Position numbers and translations under genes: made by a program. Shown in pieces: positions 1 through 13,092 of a stretch of 64,000 nt of DNA (the stretch's first letter is position 1; each line of letters starts with the position of its first letter). The notes under the pieces were generated by a model, which saw only the letters and a list, made by a program, of their open reading frames with translations, was not told where the DNA came from and made no database searches. Where the stretch lies: the NCBI GenBank assembly GCA_035221665.1, contig CM069158.1, positions 6,882,001-6,946,000 of the forward strand, in the 5' to 3' direction. Source of the stretch: Okamejei kenojei (lineage: Eukaryota).

Positions 1-754
1 TTGACTCCTGTCTCTCCAAACCTTTCCTACTCGTTTACCAGTGAAAGTTCAGAACTGAAAGGGTTAAAGGTGTATAAATAGTGGAATAGGAGCTATAAGG
101 AATGTGTGCAAACAAGATTAAAGGCATAGGGTAGTTGAGATTGCAGATGGGATACACGGCAGAGGGAATAGATTTATGATGTGGGAACTAAAAGATAAGA
201 TGCCAAATGGCTATCAAACCACTTTAAGACAAGTCTGATCTAAACAAGATAAGTAACTGGGGCCAACACAAACGAGGGGTATACTGACACAATGTGTTAA
301 GGAATGTACTGGCTGACTGATTAAATGCCGGTGGAAAAGCAATGTACTGGTTGTGCTTAATGTAATTGGAGTGGGGCCGCGAGGAGCAACCTCCATACTC
401 GCGTGTTCTCTCCCACTCCTGCATATGTAATAAAAAGGAATTGTCACAGTCTTAAAGTGACTAATGTGGTTTGCGAGAATAGAACTTTAAGTGCAAATGT
501 ATTTTAAATGATGTCATTGTACCTCTTCCTTCAGCAGCTCATTCCACATACCTGCCACTATATGTGGAAAAAAATAACCCCTCTGGTTTCTAGTAAATCT
601 TTCCCCTTTGAACTTAAACCTAAACCTTCTGGTTCCTGATTCCCTTACTTTGGTGGAAAAATACTTTTCGCCCCATCTATTCCCCTGGTGATTTTATACA
701 TGTCCACAAAAAGATCCATGAGCCTCCTGAGATTTGCGGCACATTGGACAGTCT

Positions 755-1022
755 GATGGCGCAGCGTAGAGTTGCTGCCTTACAGCACCAGAGACCCGGT
801 TTCGATCCTGACGACGGGTGCTGTCTGTATGGAGCATGTACATTCTCCCCATCACCGCGTGGGTTTTCCCTGGGTGCTCTGGTTTCTCCCACATTCCAAA
901 GACGATACAGGTTAAGTTAATTTAGCTACGGTAGAACTAAATTGCCCCTACTGTGTAGGATAGTGCGGGGATCGGTGGTGGGCTGAAGGGCCTATTTCCG
1001 TGCTGTATCACTAAAACTAAAC
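755..1022 (+). mobile_element. tRNA-derived V-SINE (HE1-like). Further copies near 7640-7730(+), 15217-15445(+), 24912-25110(-), 29690-30020(-), 47500-47800(+), 53240-53490(+), 54383-54695(+), 59712-59875(-)
   Basis: A-box-like tggcgcagcg, B-box ggtttcgatcc, V-domain gtgggttttccctgggtgctctggtttctcccacattccaaagac, and a ctaaa-type tail. Confidence 0.85.
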
Positions 1023-4000
1023 ACTTAATGAAATAGAATCCTAGCCTCCCCATCCTCTCCCTGTAATTCAGGCGAGTCCTGGCAGCATCTTCGTAAATCT
1101 CCTTTGCACCGTTCCATCTTCCAGATATGTTTCATTATCAGTTGCTCAGATATAATTCTGATTTTGCAACTTTATCTTCTTGCTCCTCCTGATTGGTTTT
1201 GCTGTAATCGTCTCCAACTACATTTCTCCAACGTACTAACCACTGCTCTGAATTTGATAATGCAAGTTGTGGATTCACTGATACTTTATTGTCTCATGTA
1301 CCTAGGTACGGTGAAATGCTTTGCTTTACATACAACCCTGTAAAATCGTACAGCTGACCTCACCTAGGCAGCACACAAGAGTCACCACATTTTGACATTG
1401 ACAGAGTTACAAAAGTTCACAGAACATTCCAATCTATTGAACGTTTGTAACTTTGTCGGCGTCAACATGTGGCGACTCTTGTGTACCGCCTATGTATATT
1501 TTAAAGCATCATGCACCACACTCGTCCACTCTATTCTAAGCACTATTGAATGTGATGGAGTTCTTGGTGGTTTGCATGGCTACAATTTGTCAAATAAATC
1601 TATCGGTGTTTTGATTGGGAAGATATTAACAGGAAGCAAAACAAGGAATCCCTTCCAATGTCTCTCAGTGAGAGGAATCGTGGAGTGCAGGGCACAGTTC
1701 TAATCTTACTTGAGAAAGGAGAAACTAGAGTTGAGCGCTTATTTCGCTTGGTTTATTCCTGAGATTAATGGATTTTTCTGAGATGAGTGGATTGAGACTA
1801 CAAACACGAGTGTAGAAGGATGACTAGTGACCTTATTGAAATATGCAATTGTGAAGGGGATTGATCAAGTAGAAGCTGGAAGACTATTTCCATGTAGGAA
1901 GTAGAGGCATTGTAGAGATAGATAGACAAAGGAACTTCTTTCGGGGATCCTAAATCTTTCTAACTCTTTACCCAGAGAACTGTTACGCTTAACCATCGCT
2001 TGCACGCAAGGCTGATAGTTTATTGAGCAAACGGTTTGGTGATGAAAAACGGGTAGGCAAATGAAGCTGAGACCAAGCATGGATTTTTTGTTATCTTGTA
2101 GAATGATAAAGCTAGACTAAGCCACGTCGCCTATTGCACTTGTATTTCCACAGTATTTATAGCTGCATGCATAGTTTCAGCTGGTTTTAACATCTCATTG
2201 AAAATAAAGCATTTTGTGTAATTGGTTCTTCAGTCTTTGAAGTGTTGGTGTAGTTTGTTCCTCATTGCCTGGAGCAACACTTGAACATCTGCATCGGTAT
2301 CTGTAGCTCAAATGCTAAAGAGATAAATCCCATGATATTCTTTCAAGCCATTCATGTTTTAAAGTCGTATTAAACCGCAATAAAATTCTGATAATCTGGC
2401 ACCCTTGTCGTTTTGGCAGCCTGGGCTTTTTGCCAAACCTCAGATGTCACTCCTATTGAAACCATGCTTTTACTTTCTTTTTGCATGTTGCACAATATGC
2501 ATGATTTGTTTCAGTGAATTCAATGAGTTTAAAGGGAATAGAAAAAAATCTGTACTATTAGGATTTCTGAACAATCTGATGCCTGCGTTATCAGAGTTTC
2601 ACTGTGCATCAAATGCAAGAAGGCAATGGACATCCCACCACAATGTGGAGTCCTAGAATAGTTACAAGAGGAGGCCATTCAGTTCATGTCCCCGTTGGCT
2701 TATCACCAGAACAACCGTTCCACCATAAACCTTTGGAGTAAATCTTTCTCCAGCATGTATTTATCCAAGTTCTTCTTGAAAGCCACAGTAAAATCTGTCT
2801 TCCCCTTATCCAGCTTCCAACCACACACTACATACGTTTTACCTCGTGTCATTCTCAATTCTCTTGACCTTATTCACCTGTCCTTGAATATGTCCAATAC
2901 TCAAAAAGACATTATTCTTTGGAATAGTGATGGCTTTTAAATAATACGTGGCAGCATCTCTGTCCTGAGAGGCACCATGTTGATGAACGGTGCCTACATT
3001 TGTTTTCTTTAAACGTGTTGCCTCCTCTTCAAGTACTTTGTTATCTCTCACTGCTTTTATAAGGTTTTGTTCTTCAATCAACTGCACATCATATACCATG
3101 TGCACAGTTTTGTTCAGCACATGTGGGAATAACAAAAATATCTTGGACCCTAATTTCAAACGTTTCATACTCTACATTTTGTGGCTTAATATGTGTGACG
3201 TTGCCATCTGTGTGGCTATGATCATTTTATTTTGTGTGGACAATCCGGGTAGTTTAGTTGCCTGTGGTTGAATTATATAAATTTTGAATTGAATGATTTA
3301 ATTTTGAGTTTCTAAGTGCAATGAAGATTGTAAAAGTGCAGATTTCCCTGCCATTTTTATCTTGGTTCCTTAAGATGAACACAAAATGCTGGAGTAACTG
3401 AGCGGGACAGTCAGCATCTCTGTAGAGAAGGAATGGGTGACGTTTGGCGTTGACGCCCTTCTTCAGACTTAAGATATGATTCTTGTGTACTATGTAGCTC
3501 AAGTCATGGATTTGCTGTAATAATTTTAAACTTGTAAATCGTTTTTTAAATGTTTTCATTTTGAGTAAAATTCCGTGGATTGAGGTGTGAGGATGCAGAA
3601 TTATGCTGGAAAAATATGGCGTTGCCTCACCTAGTTTTTGAGTGCCCTATTTTGTTCTTAACGTAAGCGTGTCCTACAGAGATATGTTTATCCATAGTTG
3701 TTCAACTTACTTTGGGATGCAATTACCACGCAACCAGCAAAGCCCAATATGCTGCATATTTATGGTTTATTTGAATAATTCGCTTTGATTTATCTTATTT
3801 GGGAGATTTTTGGTACTTCGTCGCATTTGCCACAAAGCCACTTCCATTTTGTGAAGATCACCCATACAGATGAGAATACTAGCCCAAGGTCACTTGCACT
3901 GAGCAAACTAACATGTTTGAGATGAGCACACAAAGTGGATAACCCAAGTCTCACTTTAAGAATATGCCATTATGCTGCTCGTGAATAGCCAGTGACTTAT

Positions 4001-5199
4001 GCCATTCTGCTATCCAAAAGGCCAAGATAACTCAATTTCAATTCGGGGTTATCACCTAAGACAATTGTCTATGGAAATCTTCCATTAGATTGTTTTTTAT
4101 TTCTAGTTTCCATCATTTTCTTTATTTAATCATTGTTTTTTTCTTTTGGAACATTGTCTTAAATTTTCTTTTTATATTTTAACTGTTGTGCTATAGAAGT
4201 TGCATGCTTCATGGGGAAGATTAATAAACGTATAAAGGGTAAGATTCACATTGTAGCATGCATATTTACTACTTGTAATATGCAAGTTTTTAACCCTCAC
4301 ATATAACAATCTACTAAAGCAAGCACAAATTGTGCTTTATCGCTTTAGCATAACTTTCTCTTTTGCTATATAATTGTTGCAATAAGAAACTATGAAGAAA
4401 AAGCAATGTTTTTGAGACCCACCCTGGGGTATAAATGCTCGGGTGCAGCTGCCTTTTCTGGACCCACTAGACTTGCTCATCTTTGCATAGTTAACATGAA
4501 TCTGTACATTGTTTTATTATTTTATATTCCAGAGAATCTCCTGCTCCTTTTGACACAAGAAAAAAATATGTTGTATGCCAAGGATGTGGTCCACATTGTT
4601 AACATTCTCAGAATGGGTGCCAAAAAGAACTTTTCTAAAACACATCTCCAGTTTCAACACTCATGCGTATTGTTATCTTTACTGCAGTGGGCAGTGAGAC
4701 CTGTATGCTGTCAGGGAGAGGTGGAACATCGCATCATAATTGACTCAGATTTGCATGCTGTAAATTGGATGCTGGTGTTTGAATGTAACCATTGTCAGTC
4801 TGGTTTTACAGAGCTCGGGAAATATGGAAACTAAATGAAAGTGAAGATGGTCAGTTCCAGAGCTGCACATTTTTGAATATAGCAATTTTGGACGTGGTGC
4901 AGAGGGTAGTTCTGGTAGACCCGTGCAGTCTTTGGAGTTCCTTCTGGTTATTGATAACCAGTAACCCTTGTATTCATTCCCTGACCTCCCTTCATCGTGA
5001 TTGTTGGGGACAAATCAAAACTATCTCGGGCAACATACCGAAAACATACCATTATTTGTCCTGGCTTCAGTCTGAGGAAGGGTCTCAACCCAAAACGTCG
5101 CCTATTTCCTTCGCTCCATAGATGCTGCCTCACCCGCTGAGTTTCTACAGCATTTTTGTCTACCTTTGATTTTCCGGCATCTGCAGTTCCTTCTTAAAA

Positions 5200-7196
5200 A
5201 TTATTCCAGTAAATGTTATGTTCTGTGGTTTTTCCAAGAATTGCAAAGTACACGATTATCATAACATGATAACATTACAGTACCTAATTTGTGCATAGCA
5301 TAGGCTTAAAACATTTCAGTACATAAATCAATACAATGATAAACAGTATGATAGACCCATAGTGAACTATCATTCCCCATGTTAAATGGCCACCACCCTC
5401 CACCTCCCTGGTTATACCTGTGCATGTCAGCTCCTACTTTCTGGATCTTTTCTCCAGAGTCTCCATCGGGTAACGGCTCTGATTCTTTCACCGGTAAATG
5501 TAATGCTGACAGGTTAGTTTGATGAACATCGGTTATTATTTCATCACCTAGTGCATGTAAATCTAAAGTATCTTCATGGGGTCTACTAGCTCCCGTGGAG
5601 TCCTTAATGGTTTACCATAGATAATCTCTGTAGGTGATAGATTTGTAGCACTGTGGGGGGTTACTCACATTTCAAATAGGTCTAAAGGCAACACCTTAAT
5701 CCAAGTTTGTCCCATTTCTCCCATTAACTTTGTAATTTTATTCTTGAGGACTCCATTAGCTCTTCCCATCATGTCGGAGGTCTGTGGGTGATGAACTGTT
5801 GTTGCATATTAAAATATGCACATAGTTCTTTGTTCAGTAGCAGACTGTTAGTTAAAGTTCTCGTCTCCTGCATCGTAAAAGGTCTGCATTTAATTACCTG
5901 AGCGATTCTCGGCATCACGCTTTTCCCTTTTTCAGTCTTCTTTGTTTTATATCCTGTCTCTCTGGTGCTCTGCGTTGTGTAACTCTCTCACTGCTGGATT
6001 CAATACTGCTCCTCCTTCCTCTTCTGCCTCAGCCCTTTCCCTTCTTTATCATCTTCCTTTTCAGTCTCCAAATCGCTATCAGTATCATTTTCTTCTAGGG
6101 GTTGCACTTCCCTGTAGGGAGGCCGGAGACCCCTCGCTACGGGGTCTTATAGGGACTGGTGGCCAGGGCATATGGGGGAGGTGGTCTACACTATTCCCGA
6201 ATTTGTCCCTCATCCTCCTCTTCTATAAACAGGGTCGCCATGCCAGACCTAGGGTTTCTGGAGGGTTTACTGGTACCTGTTTTTTTTTCTTAACTACGAA
6301 TTGTTTTTGTTTCAAGCTCTTTTTATCAGTGCTCTCCTTTTCTGCTTTAGGTCTTTTCTCTCACACGCGTTATCTTTTCTTTGTTCCTCCTACTGGCCAA
6401 GATTTATCTCCCGAATGTTTGGTTAACATATGACTTAATATTCTATAATCTTTGTTATTTTTAGGATTCAAATAACACATGTGTTGTGCAGGTGTTCCCT
6501 ATTTTAGCTTGTTCTAGCCAATTGCTGACTACTTACTCAGTAGTAAAGCATATTAATTAACGACAAATCTTTTTAGCTTGCTCTATCCAATTGCTGACTA
6601 CTTACTCAATAGCAAAAACATACAAATTACAGCCGATTTCTTAGGAGCAAAAACATACACAATTGGTCTTAGCTTCACTGTCTGTCTCTAAGCATCTCGG
6701 CAGGGAACCAGATCCTCTGATGGGGGACCACAGTGTTTCCGAGAGGTCCTTCGGGAGGTCGGTCCTCAAGGGGTCCGACTAGTGCACTTTTTCTCCCTGT
6801 CCAGTCCCGGTAGAACTGCAGCCTCTTACTCAGTTGTCTGCTGATGATTCCCGCGAGATCCTGCCGACTACGCCAATGATAAAGTTTGCTGCTTAAAGCA
6901 GACAACAACACATGGTTAAAGGTAAACCAAGCCAAGCTTTAATCGGTCGTCAGACGGGAGGGGAGGACTTGTGCAAAGAGTATCCACTCAAAGATGCAGC
7001 ATTTTACCATTTAGTATATACTGTTCAAGTCACATAATTTATCCAAGAAGCAATTTCCAAGAAGCAACTGCCTATGTCCCACAGTTGGCTTATTCCAGTA
7101 AATGTTATGTTTTGTGGGTTTTCCGAGAATTGCAAGGTTCGGTTATACCCACATGTGTTAACAACATACAAGCAGGTCAAGCTGAGTTAATAGACA
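5200..7196 (-). mobile_element. Internally deleted endogenous retrovirus remnant (class I / epsilon-like by inference): LTR-like ends, PBS, gag-like region, integrase fragment
   Basis: Minus strand 5796-5608 reads VHHPQTSDMMGRANGVLKNKITKLMGEMGQTWIKVLPLDLFEM*VTPHSATNLSPTEIIYGKP, a retroviral integrase core. PBS-like TGGTTCCCTGCCGAGA at 6710-6695. Shared ~48-bp block at 5200-5248 and 7090-7137. Outer boundaries approximate. Confidence 0.75.
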
Positions 7197-7943
7197 TTAA
7201 CTCTTTCACTAATGTTGGGGCTACTTTAGCAAAGTATATTTTGGACCATTACTATTGATTAAATAGTGACAGGTATTGCTGCTGCTACTGTTTGAAGGGA
7301 TGAACTAGTTTCCAAAGGAACAGAAGATGAGGGCTTCCTATTTCTAACCAGCAGTGTACTAAAAAAAAAAAAAGCAGGAGTGTTTAATGTATATTGGGTC
7401 CCTGTGTACCAATTCCGTGCCATTCTAGCTTCTGTACCGAGGTGCCTTTTTTTTTTAAGAATGAGTGAATTGAGACCATTCCTGACTTAACCCAGTGTAA
7501 CCTACTATTGTGATTCATAAATAACTTGCAGAGTTATGAAGAAACGGGCAGGAATTTTGTGAAGTTATGCTAAATATAGAACTAGTTCTTTTTGGCTGTG
7601 ATTCTTTTTTCCCCCAAACAAAAATAATGTAAGCAAATGGCACAGTGGCGAAGCGATGAATTTGTTGCCTTACAGCGCCAGAGACCTAGGTTCAATCCTG
7701 ACTACAGGTGCTGTCTGTATGGAGATTCCATCTCTCATGGTGGTATCCAAACTCATTCCTTGATCAGTGGGCCAGAATTCTGTCTAGTAACTTAACCACC
7801 ATATTGATTGTTCAAGACTACATTAATGGCTTTTGCTTATTTTTAGAACTTGTCAACTTGGTTTTCTTTCAAGCATGACATTTTGAGTACTGTTGATGAA
7901 TGTATAATATTGCCCATATTTATTTCCCCCTTTTTAACAAAAG

Positions 7944-8032
7944 GTACTGCTGAAGTCTGGCAATTCTCCCACTGAAACACCCGAGACAAATTCAGATTGT
8001 TTAGATGTCCAAATAATATGCTTGGATAAAAG
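7944..8032 (+). CDS. PWWP3A: PWWP3A/MUM1-like coding exon, first one found (VLLKSGNSPTETPETNSDCLDVQIICLDK/R)
   Basis: Acceptor ...aacaaaag at 7941-7943. Translation resembles the mammalian PWWP3A N-terminal VL...LAVQILSLEEK segment. Ends at a GC donor AG|GCAAGT (phase 2), compatible with the next exon. Confidence 0.8.
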
Positions 8033-8844
8033 GCAAGTATTGAAAATTAAATTTGATTTTATCAATGCGATTGTTAACATGGTCATGGCCATTTGATTAT
8101 GCTGCTTGTTTAGAAAATGTGATAATTGTCAGGATTTATTTTATCATTGTGCCTTGTTTTCTTCCCAATATGACAACGTTGTGTTCATTTCTCAACTATA
8201 CTATTGTGCTCTGACATTAAATAGATTGTGGGGCAAAGGTTATGCATTAGAGTATGGATGATGGGTATGTCATTATTGAATTTTTAGGTACTTTTCTTCA
8301 ATGTTAATGGGCAATAGTAGAATAATGCAAAAAAAAAAGGAAACACACAGTCTTCTAATCTAACATTGGGCCAGTTTATTGCCCAATCGGATGGTGAATT
8401 ATCTGATTTTATTAGTCTTCGTAGAGTGACAATTTGAAAGGTTTCCCATCGTGCATTGATTAAAGGAGAATAAGCAATATGTATTTGTGATGGTCGGATT
8501 TCAATTTGGGATAGATATTTTTAAATGTTGCATATATGTGGTGATGCTATTAAGTTAACATGATTTTTACCAATTCATAAGCAACTTTTTCACAAGTGCA
8601 ATATTCCTAATTGATCGTTGAAATCATATGATCAATTTGGAAGATTATTTCCAAAGTAACAGGCATTGGAAGGATAAAATCTCTAATTGTGTTACTTCGC
8701 GTAGAAAAACAGTATTTCATTTAACCGCCAAAAAAGCGTCACTGAAATTCCTAATGGCAAATTGGTTATCCTGAGTTTGGTGCTCATTTGTCACTATATT
8801 AACCGTACAAAACCATGTAGTATAACATTAATTTTGTATTTTAG

Positions 8845-8915
8845 ATTAAGAGTTAAGCGCACAGACACAATACCATTTGAGGAAGAACAAGCCAAAACCA
8901 TTAGCAGTGGATTAG
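8845..8915 (+). CDS. PWWP3A: PWWP3A coding exon (RLRVKRTDTIPFEEEQAKTISSGL)
   Basis: ttttag acceptor and G|GTGAGT donor. Resembles PWWP3A IKVKSTEVEILEKSQIEAIASSL. Phase 2 in, phase 1 out. Confidence 0.85.
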
Positions 8916-9532
8916 GTGAGTCCTTGTTCGTGAAATGATGTTACCATATGGAGCGCCATAATTATAATTTAGAATATACATGCAACTGACTTAATTTTGA
9001 AACTTCATTTTCCTATTATTGTTTTGCATGTTTTTGTTTTGAAAAGATTTGCATTTCTCACTCACAACCTTTGGATGATGCAAAGTGCTTTGCAGCCATC
9101 AGAGTTTTTTTTAGATATGCTCATTCATATTCCTTTCATTAATTCACTTTGTTCACATCAAGCTCTCTCAAAGATGTGAAAATGGGATACTTTACCCCCA
9201 CTTGAAAGCACACAGCCTTCAGTTTCATGTTTCATTTGAAAGATATCTGCACTGCTGTGTCAATCTAGCTCTTTGGGTTCCGTCTTGGGGTGATAGATGC
9301 AGCATGGAAACAAGCCCAGCCAGTTCACACTGATGATTCAACCACCTGTTTACTTTAGTTTCATGTTTATTGAAAGTCTTTGGCATTAGAATGTTGTCAA
9401 AATGCTAAATAGCTTTCAAATTTAAAACTTTGCAATGCAACGCTCCAATGTGCTTATGAGGAGTAACATTTTATTAACATGTACAAATGAAGAAAACAAC
9501 ATTCAATTTGTGGAATTAATAATCTTAAGCAA

Positions 9533-9942
9533 TAGGCACGGAAATCGCTATCAAAACGTGGGGTGGGGGACACAATTTCTTACACGCGAGGCTTCGGCCG
9601 TGGGCCCAGTGGACGGTAACATCTGGAGCTGACCTGGTTGGTAACCGACTCCGAACTCCAGCAACGGCAGCTTCGTCCACCCCGAATTGTGGGGCCTGAA
9701 TCGGACTGTTCACGGGGCCTTTCATCGGCAGGCGGGGGCTTCAACATTGGGAGCCTCAACGCAGCAGTCTGATTTTAAGCGCGCCGGGCGTTGAAAGGCC
9801 CGGCGAACGGGCCTATTCAGCCCTTAGAAAGCGTCTGATAAAGTCCGGATTACAAAACATGGGGGGGTGGGGGAATTGTCCCCCACCTCTCAAAGCATGG
9901 GGGGGACGTATATATCCCGCCCCACCAGGATTTCCGACCCTG
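9533..9942. mobile_element. Non-autonomous hAT-type DNA transposon (MITE)
   Basis: Imperfect TIRs taggcacggaaatc / gatttccgaccctg and an 8-bp TSD ttaagcaa (9525-9532) / ttaagcat (9943-9950). A related left end begins at 12964. Confidence 0.8.
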
Positions 9943-9951
9943 TTAAGCATA

Positions 9952-10485
9952 CAATACACCCTTGGTATTATGGACCAAGGGAGGTGAGGAGAGGAGGTGG
10001 TGTCCAGTATTGCCGATTGTCCGTTATAACCAAGTGAGGTGGGTGAATTTTAACTAGCTTAAAGGCTGGTTGGGAAGAAACACATCATCCGGGGGGGGGT
10101 TTAAACCAAGGGGAATTCACAAGATGGAAAGCTGTGGAGCCCCAGGGACGGTCCCGGTACTAACGCCACCTTCATGCTGCTCGCTCTCCGCCTCCTGGTG
10201 CCTGTGGTGTGCAATGGGAGCTTTGCTCTGTTACCAGTCGATGGAGGCACGCATTGCCAAGGCGACACGTGCCATGGAACGCTCTGCACCTGAAACCTCA
10301 GGACCCCACTTTGTGGCAGCCGCCGTAAACTCATGCCCAATGCAACACTGTTCAAGAGTGTTCTTCTGCTCGCTCTCCCCCCGCCACCGTCTTTCTGCCG
10401 CTCGACAGCCACCACCATGAATGGACACCCCAGTCCGTTATAACCAAAATTTGTCGTGTAGAGGTCTAATTGCGAGGCTTTACTG
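9952..10485. mobile_element. Probable Tigger/pogo-type MITE
   Basis: Begins after TA with caatacaccc and ends gaggctttactg. Repeated subterminal gtccgttataaccaa motifs near 10019 and 10433. Confidence 0.45.
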
Positions 10486-10721
10486 CATTTAAATGCAAGT
10501 TTAAATGACATTATTATAAAATTATAAATATCTTTTATCTCAAGACAGATTCTAATTCCCAACGTTCTGTACAAAGGACCAATGTTTCTTCCCAAATGTG
10601 TGCGTTTTTCAACAGACGCCATCAAAGATTTTAATTACATTTGTTTTAGAGGAAATAAGATGTTTTGCAGCTTTATTTCCCCTTTTCTGATCAATATCAC
10701 TTTTTCCTTTTCAAAACACAG

Positions 10722-11972
10722 TGTGTAGAGAACACTTTACTCATGAAGAAACATTGGAGGAATTGACTTATAGGAAGGCACTTCGAATTGCCTTGAATAT
10801 TTTAGCTGGCAATGACTCCTATCTGCCTCCAATGACGATAAAAGAACCCGTATTGGCAAAGACTGGGTTGTTTAATTCAGAGAAGCTTAAAAATAATGCT
10901 TGTGCTTTCAATACTAAAGGAACACAAACAGCTTTGAAGCCAAATGGGATGCATTTGCTTCACGAACAGGAGAGCATATGCACTCGGCAAAGCAGCAGGA
11001 GAGCATCTTGTGTTAAAAATACGCCAGAAAATGAACAAACGAGAACGTGGACTCGATCATACACATTAAACCAGTCTTCAAGTAACTCGAAAAGCATTGT
11101 CGAAAAGGCAGAAGGTGGTCGTGTAGGGAAAAGGAAAAGAGGAAGGGTGAAAACAGATATTTGTCATCCCCAGACAGATTCTTCAAAAAATAGCTCCCCA
11201 CAATATGAACAGCCACTGCAACCTACAAAATCAACACCTGAAAAAAATAGATCTTTGGGAAAAAAATGTGGAAGATTACGAAAAGAGGAAAAGTCCCCAA
11301 TCCATGCCAGTAGTTCGACAGTCTCTGGAGTAAACAAAGACCAAAATGGAAAAATTAAAAAGAGCAGACAGAAATCAAAGTTTTGTAAATCTACCTGTGA
11401 AGGAAATACAGATTATTTCCCATCCAACTGTAAATCTGAGGAAGTTTGGGCGTCTGGTATTTCTTGTAGCTATTTAGAATCTACTCCGAAACGTGGGACA
11501 TGCAGCCACGTTGGATCATACAAATTCCCGCTCCTTTTAAGCAGCCAAAGAAATATTCCGTTTGAAAATAAAAATGATTTGAGCCAAACTAGGGAAATAA
11601 ACCAGAAAAGGAAACGAGGAAGAAAGTCTGCAGAATCAAAGGAGTGCCTTAATGTCAGCGAGACTTCAGCTGATTTGGATGCTAATGTGAAATCAAGCAA
11701 CAGGTCAAATGTAGACTCTTTTGCAGAAGGGAGTCCAGAACAGCATTTTATGAGTACTATTTTTGGGTTGCCTTTGGATGGGCAAGTGAGCCCTATTAAT
11801 GGATGTATCCAGAAACATAGTAATATGGACAGCCCTCATACGAACTGTCCGGCTGAAATAAGTACGGAGCGAACATTCAATGCTTCAACCATTACCAAAG
11901 AAGAAGGAACTTTATCTACCACAATGCAGCAAACTCACCTTGGGTCATCATTGTTTGAAATCGATGAAGTGG
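10722..11972 (+). CDS. PWWP3A: PWWP3A large exon (conserved LEELTYRKALRIALNIL followed by a long S/K-rich, probably disordered region)
   Basis: Lies in the 441-aa ORF 10721..12046. cag acceptor ends at 10721 and the G|GTAAGG donor starts at 11973. Length 1251 nt, phase 1-1. Motif matches PWWP3A LEELAYRRSLRVALDVL. Confidence 0.92.
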
Positions 11973-12314
11973 GTAAGGTTATCTCTTTCTATTGTGACAT
12001 TTATCTTCTTTATGGTCAAAAGCAACATGAAAATCTGAATGTTTGACTAAAAATTAAGTTTTTTTTAGGATTTTACCTCTTACGAAGTAAAATTACCTTT
12101 AGAAAGTATATTGATGTGGATTAGAATAGTAAAAATGCTTATTGAAATGCAGAGTCTCAGATCCATTTACACAATCATTAGCAAACACGTTGGTTTAACT
12201 GTCGGATTTTTTTAAAGTAGACTGCTAATCGTTAGTCACTAATAATCATTGAGCATCACAGAGCTGGTAAAATGTGCTTTGGGAATTAGGAAATGTACAT
12301 CTTTGCATAGCAGT

Positions 12315-12963
12315 AGAAACAAGGAACTGCAGATGCTGGTAATACTCAAAAGGGAACAGTGCTGGAATAACTCAGTGGGTCAAGTAGCATCTCTGGAGAA
12401 CATAAATAAGTAGACAGACCTACACAGCCGCACAGCCCGTTTTTACCCCCCCCCCCCCCCCCCAAAATCCGCAAACACAACTGCCCTGACAGACCCATTG
12501 TCCCACGGAAGTGATTTATATGCACCTCAACTTCATCCTATCTCCCCCCCCACCGCCCCCTGGTCCAATCTCTCCCGACCAATGTCCAAGATACCTCACA
12601 TGCCCTTCGTCTCTTTAATTACTTCCACTTTCCGAGCCCCTACTCCCTCATCTTTACTATGGATGTTCAGTCACTCTACACCTCCTTCCCCTACCAGGAT
12701 GGCCTTAAAGCCCTCCATTTCTTCCTCAACCGCAGAACCATCCAATTTCCCTACTCTAACACTGTTCCGCCTGACGGAGCTGGTCATCCTCAAAACATCT
12801 CCTTTGACTCCTCCCACTTCCTCCAAGTCCTAGGCGTAGCAATGGGCCCCAGCTATGCCAGCCTCTTTGTAGGGTACGTTGAACAATCCCTGTTCCAGGC
12901 GTACACTGGCCCTATCCCTAAACTCCATTGGTTTGATGACTGCATCGGTGCTACCTCCTGCAC
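12315..12963 (+). mobile_element. Penelope-like element fragment (terminal-repeat piece plus degenerate RT)
   Basis: MDVQSLYTSFP..DGLKALHFFL, GVAMGPSYASLFVGYVE and FDDCIG motifs typical of Penelope RT. Interrupted at 12964 by a hAT-like left end. Confidence 0.8.
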
Positions 12964-13029
12964 CAGCCACGGAAATCGGTATCAAAACATGGAGGGGACA
13001 GGGGGGACACAATTCCTTGGCGGCCACAT

Positions 13030-13047
13030 GCACACTCGCACTCGCAC

Positions 13048-13091
<44 letters not shown>

Positions 13092-13092
13092 C
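13030..13092. repeat. (CA)n microsatellite
   Basis: Read directly from the sequence. Confidence 0.95.

Noticed and set aside
1-450. Possible retroviral env-like remnant on the minus strand
   Set aside because: Only vague Cys/Pro-rich peptides and no diagnostic motif.
755-830. tRNA gene
   Set aside because: The A/B boxes belong to the SINE head, followed by the V-domain and tail. No proper cloverleaf.
2839-3271. Opposing ~100-aa ORFs, one coiled-coil-like
   Set aside because: No recognisable family and no convincing splice sites.
1-7943. First coding exon of PWWP3A (expected M...YVLCxW..RLWPAK)
   Set aside because: No matching exon found. KCRWKS near 323 lacks WPAK and a donor, and the KCYVLW hits near 5211 and 7100 lie in the ERV repeat. 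Probably upstream of the window.
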